Source: an uncultured Gammaproteobacteria bacterium
GTDB lineage: Bacteria; Patescibacteriota; Patescibacteriia; S139-126
Reading direction: 5' to 3'
DNA length: 64,000 nt
Assembly (NCBI GenBank): GCA_964540695.1
Contig: CAZINS010000001.1
Span: 156,826 to 220,825, forward strand
The translations under genes were made by a program, and so were the position numbers. Below the pieces are notes generated by a model. The model was given only the letters and a program-made list of their open reading frames with translations, was not told the origin of the DNA and ran no database searches. Below are positions 29,137-37,896 of the stretch, one piece after another; the first letter of the stretch is position 1; each line of letters starts with the position of its first letter.

Positions 29137-29165
29137 ATTATACAGCATTTTTTGCTTTTTGTCAA
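29137..29165 (-). promoter_or_regulatory. Perfect sigma70 promoter TTGACA-17-TATAAT
   Basis: Minus strand reads ttgaca aaaagcaaaaaatgctg tataat. Confidence 0.8.
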
Positions 29166-29204
29166 GAAAAAAGGTATAATAATTTATATAAATAAATTAA
29201 ATTT

Positions 29205-29567
29205 ATGAAAAACAAACTACTACTTGTATTTTTAATATCATTTTTATTTATTCCGATTCTAACTTATGCAACTACTACACAATCTCAAAACACCCAATCA
29301 TCTGACAATACGGTAAAACTAACCAATCCCCTAAGCAGTGACGACCCAGCAATTATTATTGGCAATGTCATAAAAGGTATTTTAGGGCTAACTGGAGTTT
29401 TAGCACTAGCAGCTTTTATAGCTGGTGGAGTAATGTGGATGACTTCAGGTGGTAATGCTGATCGAGTGAAAAAAGGTAGGGATATTCTGGTCTGGGCAAT
29501 TATTGGGCTATTTATAGTCTTTTCCAGCTACAGTATCTTAAAATACGTGTTTGATATTTTAGCCTAA
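29205..29567 (+). CDS. TrbC/VirB2-like pilin (CPR type)
   Basis: Signal peptide, LTNPL, two TMs flanking GGVMWMTSGGNADRVKKGRDILVWAIIG. Confidence 0.82.
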   Translation: MKNKLLLVFLISFLFIPILTYATTTQSQNTQSSDNTVKLTNPLSSDDPAIIIGNVIKGILGLTGVLALAAFIAGGVMWMTSGGNADRVKKGRDILVWAIIGLFIVFSSYSILKYVFDILA

Positions 29568-29593
29568 AAAATTAATCAAATTACTTGCTCAAT

Positions 29594-29617
29594 AACCCGC
29601 CCAAACTGGCGGGTTTT
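29594..29617 (+). terminator. Terminator after the VirB2-like pilin
   Basis: AACCCGCC-CAAACT-GGCGGGTTTT. Confidence 0.75.
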
Positions 29618-29642
29618 ACTTATATTTTAAAAGTGAATAGTA

Positions 29643-29671
29643 TTGACTTTTTCTTAAAAATATGCTATATT
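29643..29671 (+). promoter_or_regulatory. Promoter TTGACT-17-TATATT with extended -10 TG
   Basis: ttgact ttttcttaaaaatatgc tatatt, followed by boxA-like GAACTTTGACAA at 29697-29708. Confidence 0.65.
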
Positions 29672-29819
29672 GGCTAGTTATAGATTAATATATAGTGAAC
29701 TTTGACAATTTAATAACTTATATTTTATTTATAAAATTAGTTAGTTGGTTTAGATTGAGATTTTTTCTTTATTTAAACCAACTAACTAACAATAAATAAA
29801 TAAAATAAAGGAGTCAATC

Positions 29820-30563
29820 ATGGCAATCTTTGGTAATTTCTTCAATAAACTAAAAAATGTTTTTGGAGGAGAATTGATCGGTACCGCAGCTGGTACTGTT
29901 AGCGGAAAAATGATTAGTGAGTTAATTGGCATGCCTGCCAAAAAAATCACTGAAATTGCACTTGATAAAATGTTTCAAGTGCCCCCGCGCGCAGAACTGC
30001 AAAAAGTTCTATTAGGTTTAAACGACACCCAGAGAAAATTTTGGGAAGCTAGATTTGAGGAAGCTAAAAAATACTGGGAAAAAAGACTTGGGGAAGATAA
30101 TAAAAACCTTCCTCACCGTCCTTCAGAAAATGAAGTGGTGACAGCCTGGTGTAAACCGCTGTTACTAAAAAAAGTCAAAGTTCTTTTGAAGAAAAGTGAC
30201 GGCACTCCTATATTAAATAAAGGGGTACCTGTATTTGCCGAATCAGAGTCTGACTTAGTCAGTGACGATGATCTTCGTGCTTATATCTACGGCAAAGTCG
30301 CTGACATTGGCGAGAAAGAATTTTGGATCTGGACAGATTTGCTAATCCACGATAAGTGGAATCAGATCTTCCAAATTTGGGGAGATAAATTTAAAATAAA
30401 AATTTTAAACCCAATTATAAAAAGGTTGCAAGAAACATTTGAAGTAATTGTAAAATACTCTGCTATTGCAACCGCTGCAGGGAAAGTTAGCTTAGAAAAA
30501 GCTGACACCATGACCGAAGAAATGATCGCAGAATCAAAAAACAAGAAATTAAATATTTTTTAA
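29820..30563 (+). CDS. Hypothetical (orphan-like) protein, 247 aa
   Basis: AAGGAG SD; amphipathic and Gly-rich N-terminus; no family recognised. Confidence 0.7.
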   Translation: MAIFGNFFNKLKNVFGGELIGTAAGTVSGKMISELIGMPAKKITEIALDKMFQVPPRAELQKVLLGLNDTQRKFWEARFEEAKKYWEKRLGEDNKNLPHRPSENEVVTAWCKPLLLKKVKVLLKKSDGTPILNKGVPVFAESESDLVSDDDLRAYIYGKVADIGEKEFWIWTDLLIHDKWNQIFQIWGDKFKIKILNPIIKRLQETFEVIVKYSAIATAAGKVSLEKADTMTEEMIAESKNKKLNIF

Positions 30564-30575
30564 AGGAGTTTAAGA

Positions 30576-31868
30576 ATGCAACTATTCGTAGTTTATGTGT
30601 TAATCATCATCGCGTCTTTGTGGATGCTTTACTATCTGCTCTTTCATACCTCAGCTACGGGGTTCAACTTACTCGGCAGAGTCAGGGAATTAGAGTTAGG
30701 ACTTATCAATCAAGTATCCCAAGCATTGGGAAGAATATTGGCAGTCCTAGGATATCCACTTGGAGAGATAGAGATGATTCAAAACAGAATTGTTAACGAA
30801 GGCGTTAATTTCGCCCAAAACCTAATCAGACAAATTGCCAGGCAATCATTCTTTATCGCCTGTGGAATAAGTGGAATGCTACTTATATTACTAATTGGAG
30901 TAATATTCCATTCAAATCTGATTATGATCATTATTCTGATTGCTGCTGTGGTATGGTCGTTCTTGACCATGGTAATTTATGATCCAATTATTGGATCAAT
31001 CGCTCAGGGCAAAAAAATAAGAAGAAGTATCCGACCAATTTCGCTTCTCCTTGCTTACATAGGGATATTGACCTTACTGTGGTTAAACTTCAATGGAACA
31101 TCATTCTTTAATGAAGTTCTGGGAATATTTGTGATTCTTTCACTAGTACTAATGATATTTTCATTTAGATCTTATTATCTGATGAGAATAACAAACACAG
31201 CTGGGTATGCCTTGGGAACTATATTAACTGTTTTACTTATTCTGTTTATTTTCAAAAGCTCAAGCCCGAGCTTATATGGAAACCTGGTTGACACTAGGAC
31301 AGAATTTGAACAAACAAATAAAGTAAAGTATGTTACCCAACAGACTCCCTTATACGCTATTATAATCACTAATGAAGATACAACAATTGTAAAGGTTAAT
31401 TCCCAAGAAGGAATTCCAACTATCAAAAAAGGTGAACAAGTAGTTCGTGGTGATAATACAGTAGTTTATAAGCAAGAAGTTTTTGGCGATATTTGGTTAG
31501 CAGATGATAATGGTTTATATGTTTTAGGACCATTCTGGATACCACTTAGATGGTTATCTAATAATGACCTAAACCCAAAAAATATACTAACTGATAATCA
31601 AAATCAGTCAGTACAACCACCTATTGATACTCCTACCGATCCAAATACTTTTACCCTCCCCCCTCATACCAGGGTAAAGGTGATGGATATCCCAGCTGGT
31701 CGGGAAAATATAGTTTTCCGATCAACTGGAAAATATCGAATTATTGAAAGAGACGGACCAAAATTGGTCCTCTCGAAAGTTTTCAAATACAATACCAATG
31801 TTGCCGGAGGCACTTTGGAAATTGAAAACATTAATGATTTTCCAATTGAGTTCAAAGTAGAACTCTAA
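30576..31868 (+). CDS. Hypothetical multi-TM protein with a soluble beta-rich C-terminus, 430 aa
   Basis: AAGGAG SD; about 6 hydrophobic segments, then beta-rich domains separated by a Pro/Thr linker. Confidence 0.7.
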   Translation: MQLFVVYVLIIIASLWMLYYLLFHTSATGFNLLGRVRELELGLINQVSQALGRILAVLGYPLGEIEMIQNRIVNEGVNFAQNLIRQIARQSFFIACGISGMLLILLIGVIFHSNLIMIIILIAAVVWSFLTMVIYDPIIGSIAQGKKIRRSIRPISLLLAYIGILTLLWLNFNGTSFFNEVLGIFVILSLVLMIFSFRSYYLMRITNTAGYALGTILTVLLILFIFKSSSPSLYGNLVDTRTEFEQTNKVKYVTQQTPLYAIIITNEDTTIVKVNSQEGIPTIKKGEQVVRGDNTVVYKQEVFGDIWLADDNGLYVLGPFWIPLRWLSNNDLNPKNILTDNQNQSVQPPIDTPTDPNTFTLPPHTRVKVMDIPAGRENIVFRSTGKYRIIERDGPKLVLSKVFKYNTNVAGGTLEIENINDFPIEFKVEL

Positions 31869-31881
31869 ATTATTACATAAC

Positions 31882-31912
31882 AAGCCGTTGGTTAACATAC
31901 CAACGGCTTTTT
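31882..31912 (+). terminator. Terminator after 30576-31868
   Basis: AAGCCGTTGGT-TAACAT-ACCAACGGCTTTTT. Confidence 0.85.
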
Positions 31913-31983
31913 CTTGACAAAAATATAAATTTGTAGTAATTTATATCATTCTATACATTAAAAAATAAATAAAAGGAGTATCT

Positions 31984-32592
31984 ATGGCACCGCTTATACC
32001 AAAAAAAATAGGTGATTTTTTTATAAAAATACCTGTTTTAATCAGGAACAACCATAAATTTTTTCTAACTGGTCTTATCACTTTTTTGCTTTCCTTTATT
32101 ATCATGATAATAATAATTTTACTAACCACCAATAGTGCATCAAACTATATTGATAAAAAAAATTTAGAAATAAAACAACAATTACAAGACCAAATACAAG
32201 TTATCAGCACTACTATTGCTGACACAGTACTGCCATACATTTCATTCCTCAATCAGGAAAGAAAATTTGTTGATTCGTCATTATTGGCTTTGTCTTTTCG
32301 AGTAGACTCTACTCAAAACAGGTTAACTAAATTTGAAAAAAAATATAAGCATGATAATAAATTTCTAACTTCCTACATTGCCACCCGAGATGGTTTCTCT
32401 AATCCAGACAGTTTGTCTAATTATGCCGCTAATATTTGTATGAACGTATATGGTAGAATGCTTGACGAACTACAAAGTAGAATACCCCCCCAAGAACCGT
32501 CGCAACAATGTGATGAAGAAACCAAAGTCAAATTTGACAATCGGCCGGAAATTAAAAAAGGTATCTCCATCAGAATTGATGAAAAAAAATAA
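31984..32592 (+). CDS. Hypothetical single-TM, coiled-coil-like protein, 202 aa
   Basis: Own promoter (TTGACA at 31914), AAGGAG SD, one strong TM. Confidence 0.7.
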   Translation: MAPLIPKKIGDFFIKIPVLIRNNHKFFLTGLITFLLSFIIMIIIILLTTNSASNYIDKKNLEIKQQLQDQIQVISTTIADTVLPYISFLNQERKFVDSSLLALSFRVDSTQNRLTKFEKKYKHDNKFLTSYIATRDGFSNPDSLSNYAANICMNVYGRMLDELQSRIPPQEPSQQCDEETKVKFDNRPEIKKGISIRIDEKK

Positions 32593-32596
32593 ACTA

Positions 32597-32621
32597 AAAA
32601 CCCGTAACAATTACGGGTTTT
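32597..32621. terminator. Bidirectional terminator
   Basis: AAAACCCGTAA-CAA-TTACGGGTTTT between convergent genes. Confidence 0.8.
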
Positions 32622-32631
32622 ATTTTTTATT

Positions 32632-33339
32632 TTAATAATTTATTCCCAAATTACTAGCCAACTCTCCTATCAATATACCAGCACCAAGAGCAAGAGTACC
32701 TATTAACAATACTTTTAATCCGGATTTGAACCAAGATTTTTTTGTATAAATTGAAGTAAACACGCCTACTAAAAATAGTCCCAATAAAGTAGCCGCAATT
32801 GATATAGGCATAGCAACTTTGACTGATAAAAATAAATATGGAGTTAGTGCAACCAGTCCACCAAGAGTATAAGAAAAAAACATAAACACACCAGTTATTT
32901 TAGGGCTATTGTTTTGATCAGGTAAAACACTAAGTTCATGTAAAGCTTTTTCTTTGAGCATCAACTTTTTATTCTGACTAACTACTTCCGCCATTTGTTT
33001 TGCTAAGTCATTAGGCCAGCCATCTTTTTGATATATCGCCAATAAATCTTTTTTTTCTATTTCCATTTGATTTACTAAATCTTTTTTTTGTTCATGCAAT
33101 TGACTAATATCACGATCACGATTTGATTGATTGGAAACATATGAACCTATGCCCATAGAAATAGATTCAACTGTAATAATTACAAAACCGGATAAAAGCA
33201 CTGTGAAATGATTTTGACTACCGATAGCAATACCGGTTATTGCTCCTAAAGTTGAAACCATACCATCTTCCAATCCAAAAACTACATCCCGTAGTGATTG
33301 GACAAATCTTGAATTTTTATTGTTGAAAAAATTATTCAT
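32632..33339 (-). CDS. VIT1/CCC1 family iron/manganese transporter
   Basis: LRDVVFGLEDG, SISMGIGSYVS, GGLVALTPY. Confidence 0.92.
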   Translation of the reverse strand: MNNFFNNKNSRFVQSLRDVVFGLEDGMVSTLGAITGIAIGSQNHFTVLLSGFVIITVESISMGIGSYVSNQSNRDRDISQLHEQKKDLVNQMEIEKKDLLAIYQKDGWPNDLAKQMAEVVSQNKKLMLKEKALHELSVLPDQNNSPKITGVFMFFSYTLGGLVALTPYLFLSVKVAMPISIAATLLGLFLVGVFTSIYTKKSWFKSGLKVLLIGTLALGAGILIGELASNLGINY

Positions 33340-33916
33340 GGTTTATAAAGGGATTAGGGTCAGAAAAAGTAAGACGAGGTATTTGTTCATGAATTAGATG
33401 CGGTTTTATACCATAAGTTTTTTCGTATAAAGTACCAACATTACCAAATAGAGCTTTAGAATAATCAAAACCAATTTTGGTGGCTACTGCTTTTACAGCC
33501 TGTTCACTCTTACCTTCAATTTCTACAAAAGACGGTAAATACGGCCACTCATCAAGACAAATTTCTACGCCAGCAAGTAGCCATAATTCCCTGGTTGATT
33601 CTTGATAAGCTTTTATTTTGCAACCAATTTTTTCTAAAAACTCTAAGGTCTTGGCAAAATTATCCACTACCAAACATATTTCTTTTTGGTCTTCTATTTT
33701 GTCACCGTCAATTACTTTGTAAGTTAAAGTGACTCTATCACCTTCATCACGCAATCTTATCCAAGCCTTTTCATTTTTCATAAATTCAGGCGGATTGATA
33801 ATCACTCTAGTTTGTAAAAACTTTGGTCTAATTAAAACCGCCCCAACATTTTTTAAACTTTGTCTAATAGCCGTCTTATCAATATTCGGAAAAGTGGCTT
33901 CAAATTCAATTTCCAT
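33332..33916 (-). CDS. CYTH domain protein
   Basis: EIEFEA N-terminus, WIRLR...LTYK, FVEIEG. Confidence 0.88.
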   Translation of the reverse strand: MEIEFEATFPNIDKTAIRQSLKNVGAVLIRPKFLQTRVIINPPEFMKNEKAWIRLRDEGDRVTLTYKVIDGDKIEDQKEICLVVDNFAKTLEFLEKIGCKIKAYQESTRELWLLAGVEICLDEWPYLPSFVEIEGKSEQAVKAVATKIGFDYSKALFGNVGTLYEKTYGIKPHLIHEQIPRLTFSDPNPFINHE

Positions 33917-33918
33917 AA

Positions 33919-34410
33919 TTATAATTTTTTATTTAGTTCAATTTCTGCTTGTTTAGCTAAACCGATTAAAGTAGCTATATCATCCAAAGCAAATTTTCTT
34001 GGTCTATTATCTTTGATGCACAAAACACCAACTGGCAAACGAGAATTTTCTTCGCGTAAAGCCACACCTGCATAAAATCTGATATAAGGCTTACCTTTGA
34101 CATAAGGATTATCAAAAAATCTTGGATCTTGCCAAGTATCCTCAATCACAAAAATATAATCTGCATACATAGCGTGCCCACAAAAAGATATATCTCTTGC
34201 CCCTTCACGAACATCAAGTCCCCAACACGATTTATACCATTCCCGTTTTCCATTGATAATAGAAATAGTTGAAATAGGGACTTTAAATTTTTGGCAAGCT
34301 TGCTTGGTAATAATATCAAATCTGGCTTCAGGTTCGGTATCTAAAATAGCCAAAGAATAAACTGCTGTTAGTCTTGCTTGTTCATTGATTTGTACCGGAG
34401 CACTAATCAT
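33919..34410 (-). CDS. Stand-alone GAF domain protein
   Basis: NEQARL...ILDTEPEARFD, SFCGHA, DPRFFDNPYV...IRFYAG, GVLCIKD. Confidence 0.9.
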   Translation of the reverse strand: MISAPVQINEQARLTAVYSLAILDTEPEARFDIITKQACQKFKVPISTISIINGKREWYKSCWGLDVREGARDISFCGHAMYADYIFVIEDTWQDPRFFDNPYVKGKPYIRFYAGVALREENSRLPVGVLCIKDNRPRKFALDDIATLIGLAKQAEIELNKKL

Positions 34411-34430
34411 ACTTAAATCTTAGACCTAAA

Positions 34431-35240
34431 TTACAATAAACGCAAAAGTGATTCAATATTTTTTTCCATCTCAACTTCACCAATTTTAACAATCTCTGTA
34501 CCAATTTCTTCTCGAAAATAACTCCGCCAACTTGAAAAACCTATAGCAGGAAAAATTGGTTCTAAAATTATATCTGAACTTTGCAACGAATACTTTGCTA
34601 AATGATGGCGCATGATGTCAAAACTGCGATTAGCAACTTTTTTAAACGAATAATCATCCAGCTCCACTGGGCGATATTTTTCATAATTATCAAGATTGAC
34701 ACTGATAACTATATCGGCTCCCATTTGTCTGACTACATTATCGGGAACTGGATTACTTGAACCACCATCTATCAATAATTGATTATTTAAAGTCACTGGT
34801 TTAAATAAAGTAGGAATAGACATGCTGGCTCTAACAGCTTGGGATAAACTGCCTTTATTTAAAACTACTGAACCGCCACTAATTAAATCAGTGGCCATGG
34901 CCGCCACTGGAATTTTGGTATCCAAAAAACTAGCCCCTGCAAACCACTCAGCTAAAAGTTTCTCTAACTTATCACCCTTAATAAGCCCCCCTTGCAAAGT
35001 TGGTTCTAAAAATATATAAAATTTATCTCGACGTTTATTGACCGTATAATCCTCTAGTTTGGCAACGTCCCAAAATAAACCAAAAAAACACGCCACCCAG
35101 GCGCCAATACTTGATCCAGCAATAAAATCAATAGGAATCTGATGTTTAAGTAAAGTTTTAATAACTCCAACATGGGCTAGTCCTTTGACTCCACCACTAC
35201 CCAAAGCTAAGCCTATCTTTTTATTTGTTTGCACTTTCAT
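34431..35240 (-). CDS. Patatin-like phospholipase (RssA-like)
   Basis: LGSGGVKGLAH, GSSIG, ASMSIP, DGG. Confidence 0.92.
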   Translation of the reverse strand: MKVQTNKKIGLALGSGGVKGLAHVGVIKTLLKHQIPIDFIAGSSIGAWVACFFGLFWDVAKLEDYTVNKRRDKFYIFLEPTLQGGLIKGDKLEKLLAEWFAGASFLDTKIPVAAMATDLISGGSVVLNKGSLSQAVRASMSIPTLFKPVTLNNQLLIDGGSSNPVPDNVVRQMGADIVISVNLDNYEKYRPVELDDYSFKKVANRSFDIMRHHLAKYSLQSSDIILEPIFPAIGFSSWRSYFREEIGTEIVKIGEVEMEKNIESLLRLL

Positions 35241-35264
35241 ATTAGTACCAATATTTAATCAAAC

Positions 35265-35621
35265 TTATGATGTTGCATCTAAAATTACTCTGAAAACAAA
35301 GGTACTAATAGCATAAGCTACAATAATTATTAAAAGACCAATCACCCCAGCAACAATTGTTTTTCTAGCAGTTTCCCCCCGATCAGTACCATAACCACTA
35401 GCTGCCCCCACTACACCATAAATTATAATCAAAACCATTAGTAATCCTAAGATACCTAAGGCAATATTAATTATCCTGGCAATTGTCTCTCTAATATCCC
35501 TCGTCCCCAAACCAATTGCACTACCATAACCCAAACCAAAATCAACTTGAGCAAGAGTGGCTAGGGGTATTAAAAATAAACTTAAAATAGCTAAACCTAA
35601 TATTTGTTTATTTATTTTCAT
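35265..35621 (-). CDS. TrbC/VirB2-like pilin (CPR type)
   Basis: Signal peptide, IARIINIALGILG...IIYG, ARKTIVAGVIGLLII..AYAI. Confidence 0.8.
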   Translation of the reverse strand: MKINKQILGLAILSLFLIPLATLAQVDFGLGYGSAIGLGTRDIRETIARIINIALGILGLLMVLIIIYGVVGAASGYGTDRGETARKTIVAGVIGLLIIIVAYAISTFVFRVILDATS

Positions 35622-35650
35622 AAAATAATTATAACAAAATTCAAAAAAAT

Positions 35651-36127
35651 TTACGATTTTTTCATTAGAGGTAAAAGCTTTTTATATTTATCAAAAATTA
35701 AATATATAATTACTAAATCTATTAGAGTTAAACAAATTAATAACCAGGAATAACTATAAAAAATTCTGAATATTTGATAAATAACCATAAAAATCAGAGC
35801 ATAACCGGTAACCGGATAAGCCCATAATTTATTTCTTAGCAACATAATCATTAAAAATATTTTTAAAATACCATTAATAAATAAATAAAACGCAATAAAT
35901 GTTTGAGTAGATAAAGATAATATATTAAGCCAAGAAAAAACTTTATTAATAAAAAAATCAGTTGGGTCTTCGGTTAACTCATGTTGGAATAACCAATAAA
36001 TTAAATTAATTACTCTATCTTTTTTAACAAAATAAACCGTTATTCCTGCTAATGTTCCTAGAATCCCATCAAACAGTTTTAGCAGTACGGTGTAATTAAA
36101 AATGGTATTATTCAAATCTTGTTTCAT
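35651..36127 (-). CDS. Membrane protein, DUF2127-like
   Basis: KLFDGILG, HELTEDPTDF, FYLFINGILK, LLRNKLWAYP. Confidence 0.75.
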   Translation of the reverse strand: MKQDLNNTIFNYTVLLKLFDGILGTLAGITVYFVKKDRVINLIYWLFQHELTEDPTDFFINKVFSWLNILSLSTQTFIAFYLFINGILKIFLMIMLLRNKLWAYPVTGYALIFMVIYQIFRIFYSYSWLLICLTLIDLVIIYLIFDKYKKLLPLMKKS

Positions 36128-36128
36128 T

Positions 36129-36290
36129 TTATTTTATTATATTTGTTTTTTTATTTTTTAAACGACTTTGCGATAAACTAGTCCAACTCAATACACCAAT
36201 AGCTATAAGAATAGCCTTTTCTTCTTTACCTTTAAAAATTTTTTTATTTATTAATTTTATGAGAGTATTAGCTGCTTCTTTGTGGTCCAT
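36129..36290 (-). CDS. Small protein, 53 aa (not in ORF track)
   Basis: MDHKEAANTLIKLINKKIFKGKEEKAILIAIGVLSWTSLSQSRLKNKKTNIIK; fills the gap between two co-oriented genes with 5 bp and 1 bp spacing. Confidence 0.7.
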   Translation of the reverse strand: MDHKEAANTLIKLINKKIFKGKEEKAILIAIGVLSWTSLSQSRLKNKKTNIIK

Positions 36291-36295
36291 ATAAT

Positions 36296-37501
36296 TTATG
36301 GTAACAATTTTTGAATAATATCATTTCTTTGTTTCATACTTAAAGCGTGTAAAACAACTACTATCAAATCGTCTTTTTTTAATACCACTGTGCGTTGGGC
36401 TTCAACTAAAAAACCAGTTTTAACTGCCTGGGGATTGAACGTATGTAAACTATAATTTCGATCAATTATTTTTACTAATCTATTCTGACCATTTATATCA
36501 ACAATTTGAGCTGTATAATCTTTAACCGCACTGGGCGCTGCTATATCTGATTTAGCAAAAGCAGTTTGTCCAATTACTGCCATTTCTTTAGCGGTGGTAA
36601 CATTATGAGCATCGAGTCCGGTCATTTCAAACCATAAAGTTTTCTCGAGTCCTAAATCTTTGGCTTTTTGATTCATAGCGGTAACAAATTCAACCCGCGT
36701 TAAACCGCTGTTATCCACCAAAGCGATGGTAGCTTGATTGGAAGAAGCAATCAACATTGCTAACCACAAATCATAAAATGACAATTTATCACCCACTTTT
36801 AAATCAACCTCGCTAGTTGTATCTTCACCAACCAAACTTTTAGGATAATCAAGCTGATCTTGAGTGATGGTAATTGTTTTTTGCCAATTGGGACTGGCAT
36901 CAAGTAAAACAAGAGCAGTCATTAATTTAGTTAAACTAGCTGGTGGCAGTATTGTATCGGCATTGTAGCTTTGACTAAAATTTTTACCATCATAACGCAC
37001 ATAAGCCACATCATTGAAGGTAGTATCATGAATTATCTGTTTAGAGTTGGTTCTAATTTGTCGTAAATTGTCATTAGTTATTCCCAGTCCGAATTGACGT
37101 AACAAATTGAAAGCTGCCTCCCGGTCGGGAAAATAATAACGTAAACCATCAACTGGATTAACATACCAGGCTTCACCATGACTTTCTACTTGCAGTAAAA
37201 TCCTCCCCTGCAAACGCTTGGTCAATTTTTGGTCACCTATTTCACCTTTGCTAGTGGGAATCTTAGCTAAATCACGGTTTGAGATACCAAGTCCCAAGGA
37301 ACGCATGATAGCAAAAGCTTCATCACCATCACGCAAATAATATCTTTCCTGACTAACTGGGTCTACATACCAAGCTCGGCCATAACTTTCCACTTGCAAC
37401 AAAATCCGACCTGACAATCTACTGGCTAAACTATCAGCCGCTTTTAACTGATATACAGGTAAAAAAGTAAAAACTAAAATTAAATATAATATTTTCTTCA
37501 T
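36296..37501 (-). CDS. S11 D-Ala-D-Ala carboxypeptidase-like protein with a duplicated N-terminal module
   Basis: SxxK (ASLTK), SxN (SSN), KTG; two GRILLQVES.G.AWYV.P repeats after the signal peptide. Confidence 0.85.
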   Translation of the reverse strand: MKKILYLILVFTFLPVYQLKAADSLASRLSGRILLQVESYGRAWYVDPVSQERYYLRDGDEAFAIMRSLGLGISNRDLAKIPTSKGEIGDQKLTKRLQGRILLQVESHGEAWYVNPVDGLRYYFPDREAAFNLLRQFGLGITNDNLRQIRTNSKQIIHDTTFNDVAYVRYDGKNFSQSYNADTILPPASLTKLMTALVLLDASPNWQKTITITQDQLDYPKSLVGEDTTSEVDLKVGDKLSFYDLWLAMLIASSNQATIALVDNSGLTRVEFVTAMNQKAKDLGLEKTLWFEMTGLDAHNVTTAKEMAVIGQTAFAKSDIAAPSAVKDYTAQIVDINGQNRLVKIIDRNYSLHTFNPQAVKTGFLVEAQRTVVLKKDDLIVVVLHALSMKQRNDIIQKLLP

Positions 37502-37549
37502 AGAAATTAATTATAACAAAAAATCACCTAATTGGCGATTTAATTATAA

Positions 37550-37770
37550 TGGCGGGGCCGAATTAATAAGGGACTTCCGCCTCACCGCGCCTTCGTAAAG
37601 CGGCGCGGTTCGTTGCCCGGGACAGCGTCCAGTCCTACGCTCGCTCGGACTGTCCGACATTCGGCTTGCTCATAATTTCTTCCGAAATTATTCGCGCCTC
37701 ACTCCTGTCCGTTCGAGTCACTTTTGACTCACAAATAAAAAATCTCTTGACAAAGTCAAAAGATTTTTTA
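37550..37770. mobile_element. Small GC-rich element bounded by a duplication of the tRNA-Asp 3' end
   Basis: 37550-37575 equals tRNA 37771-37789 with a 7-nt insertion; several internal hairpins. Confidence 0.55.
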
Positions 37771-37847
37771 TGGCGGGGCCGAAGGGACTCGAACCCTCGA
37801 CCTCCTGCGTGACAGGCAGGCGTTCTAACCAACTGAACTACGACCCC
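37771..37847 (-). tRNA. tRNA-Asp (GTC)
   Basis: GGGGTCGTAGTTCAGTTGGTTAGAACGCCTGCCTGTCACGCAGGAGGTCGAGGGTTCGAGTCCCTTCGGCCCCGCCA; full cloverleaf, encoded CCA. Confidence 0.98.
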
Positions 37848-37896
37848 GTAATTAATAAAAGACAATAAAACTATTATACTCTAACTAATAAATAAA

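Noticed and set aside
37635-37865. 76-aa ORF in the track
   Set aside because: It overlaps tRNA-Asp on the same strand; the translation is simply the tRNA sequence.
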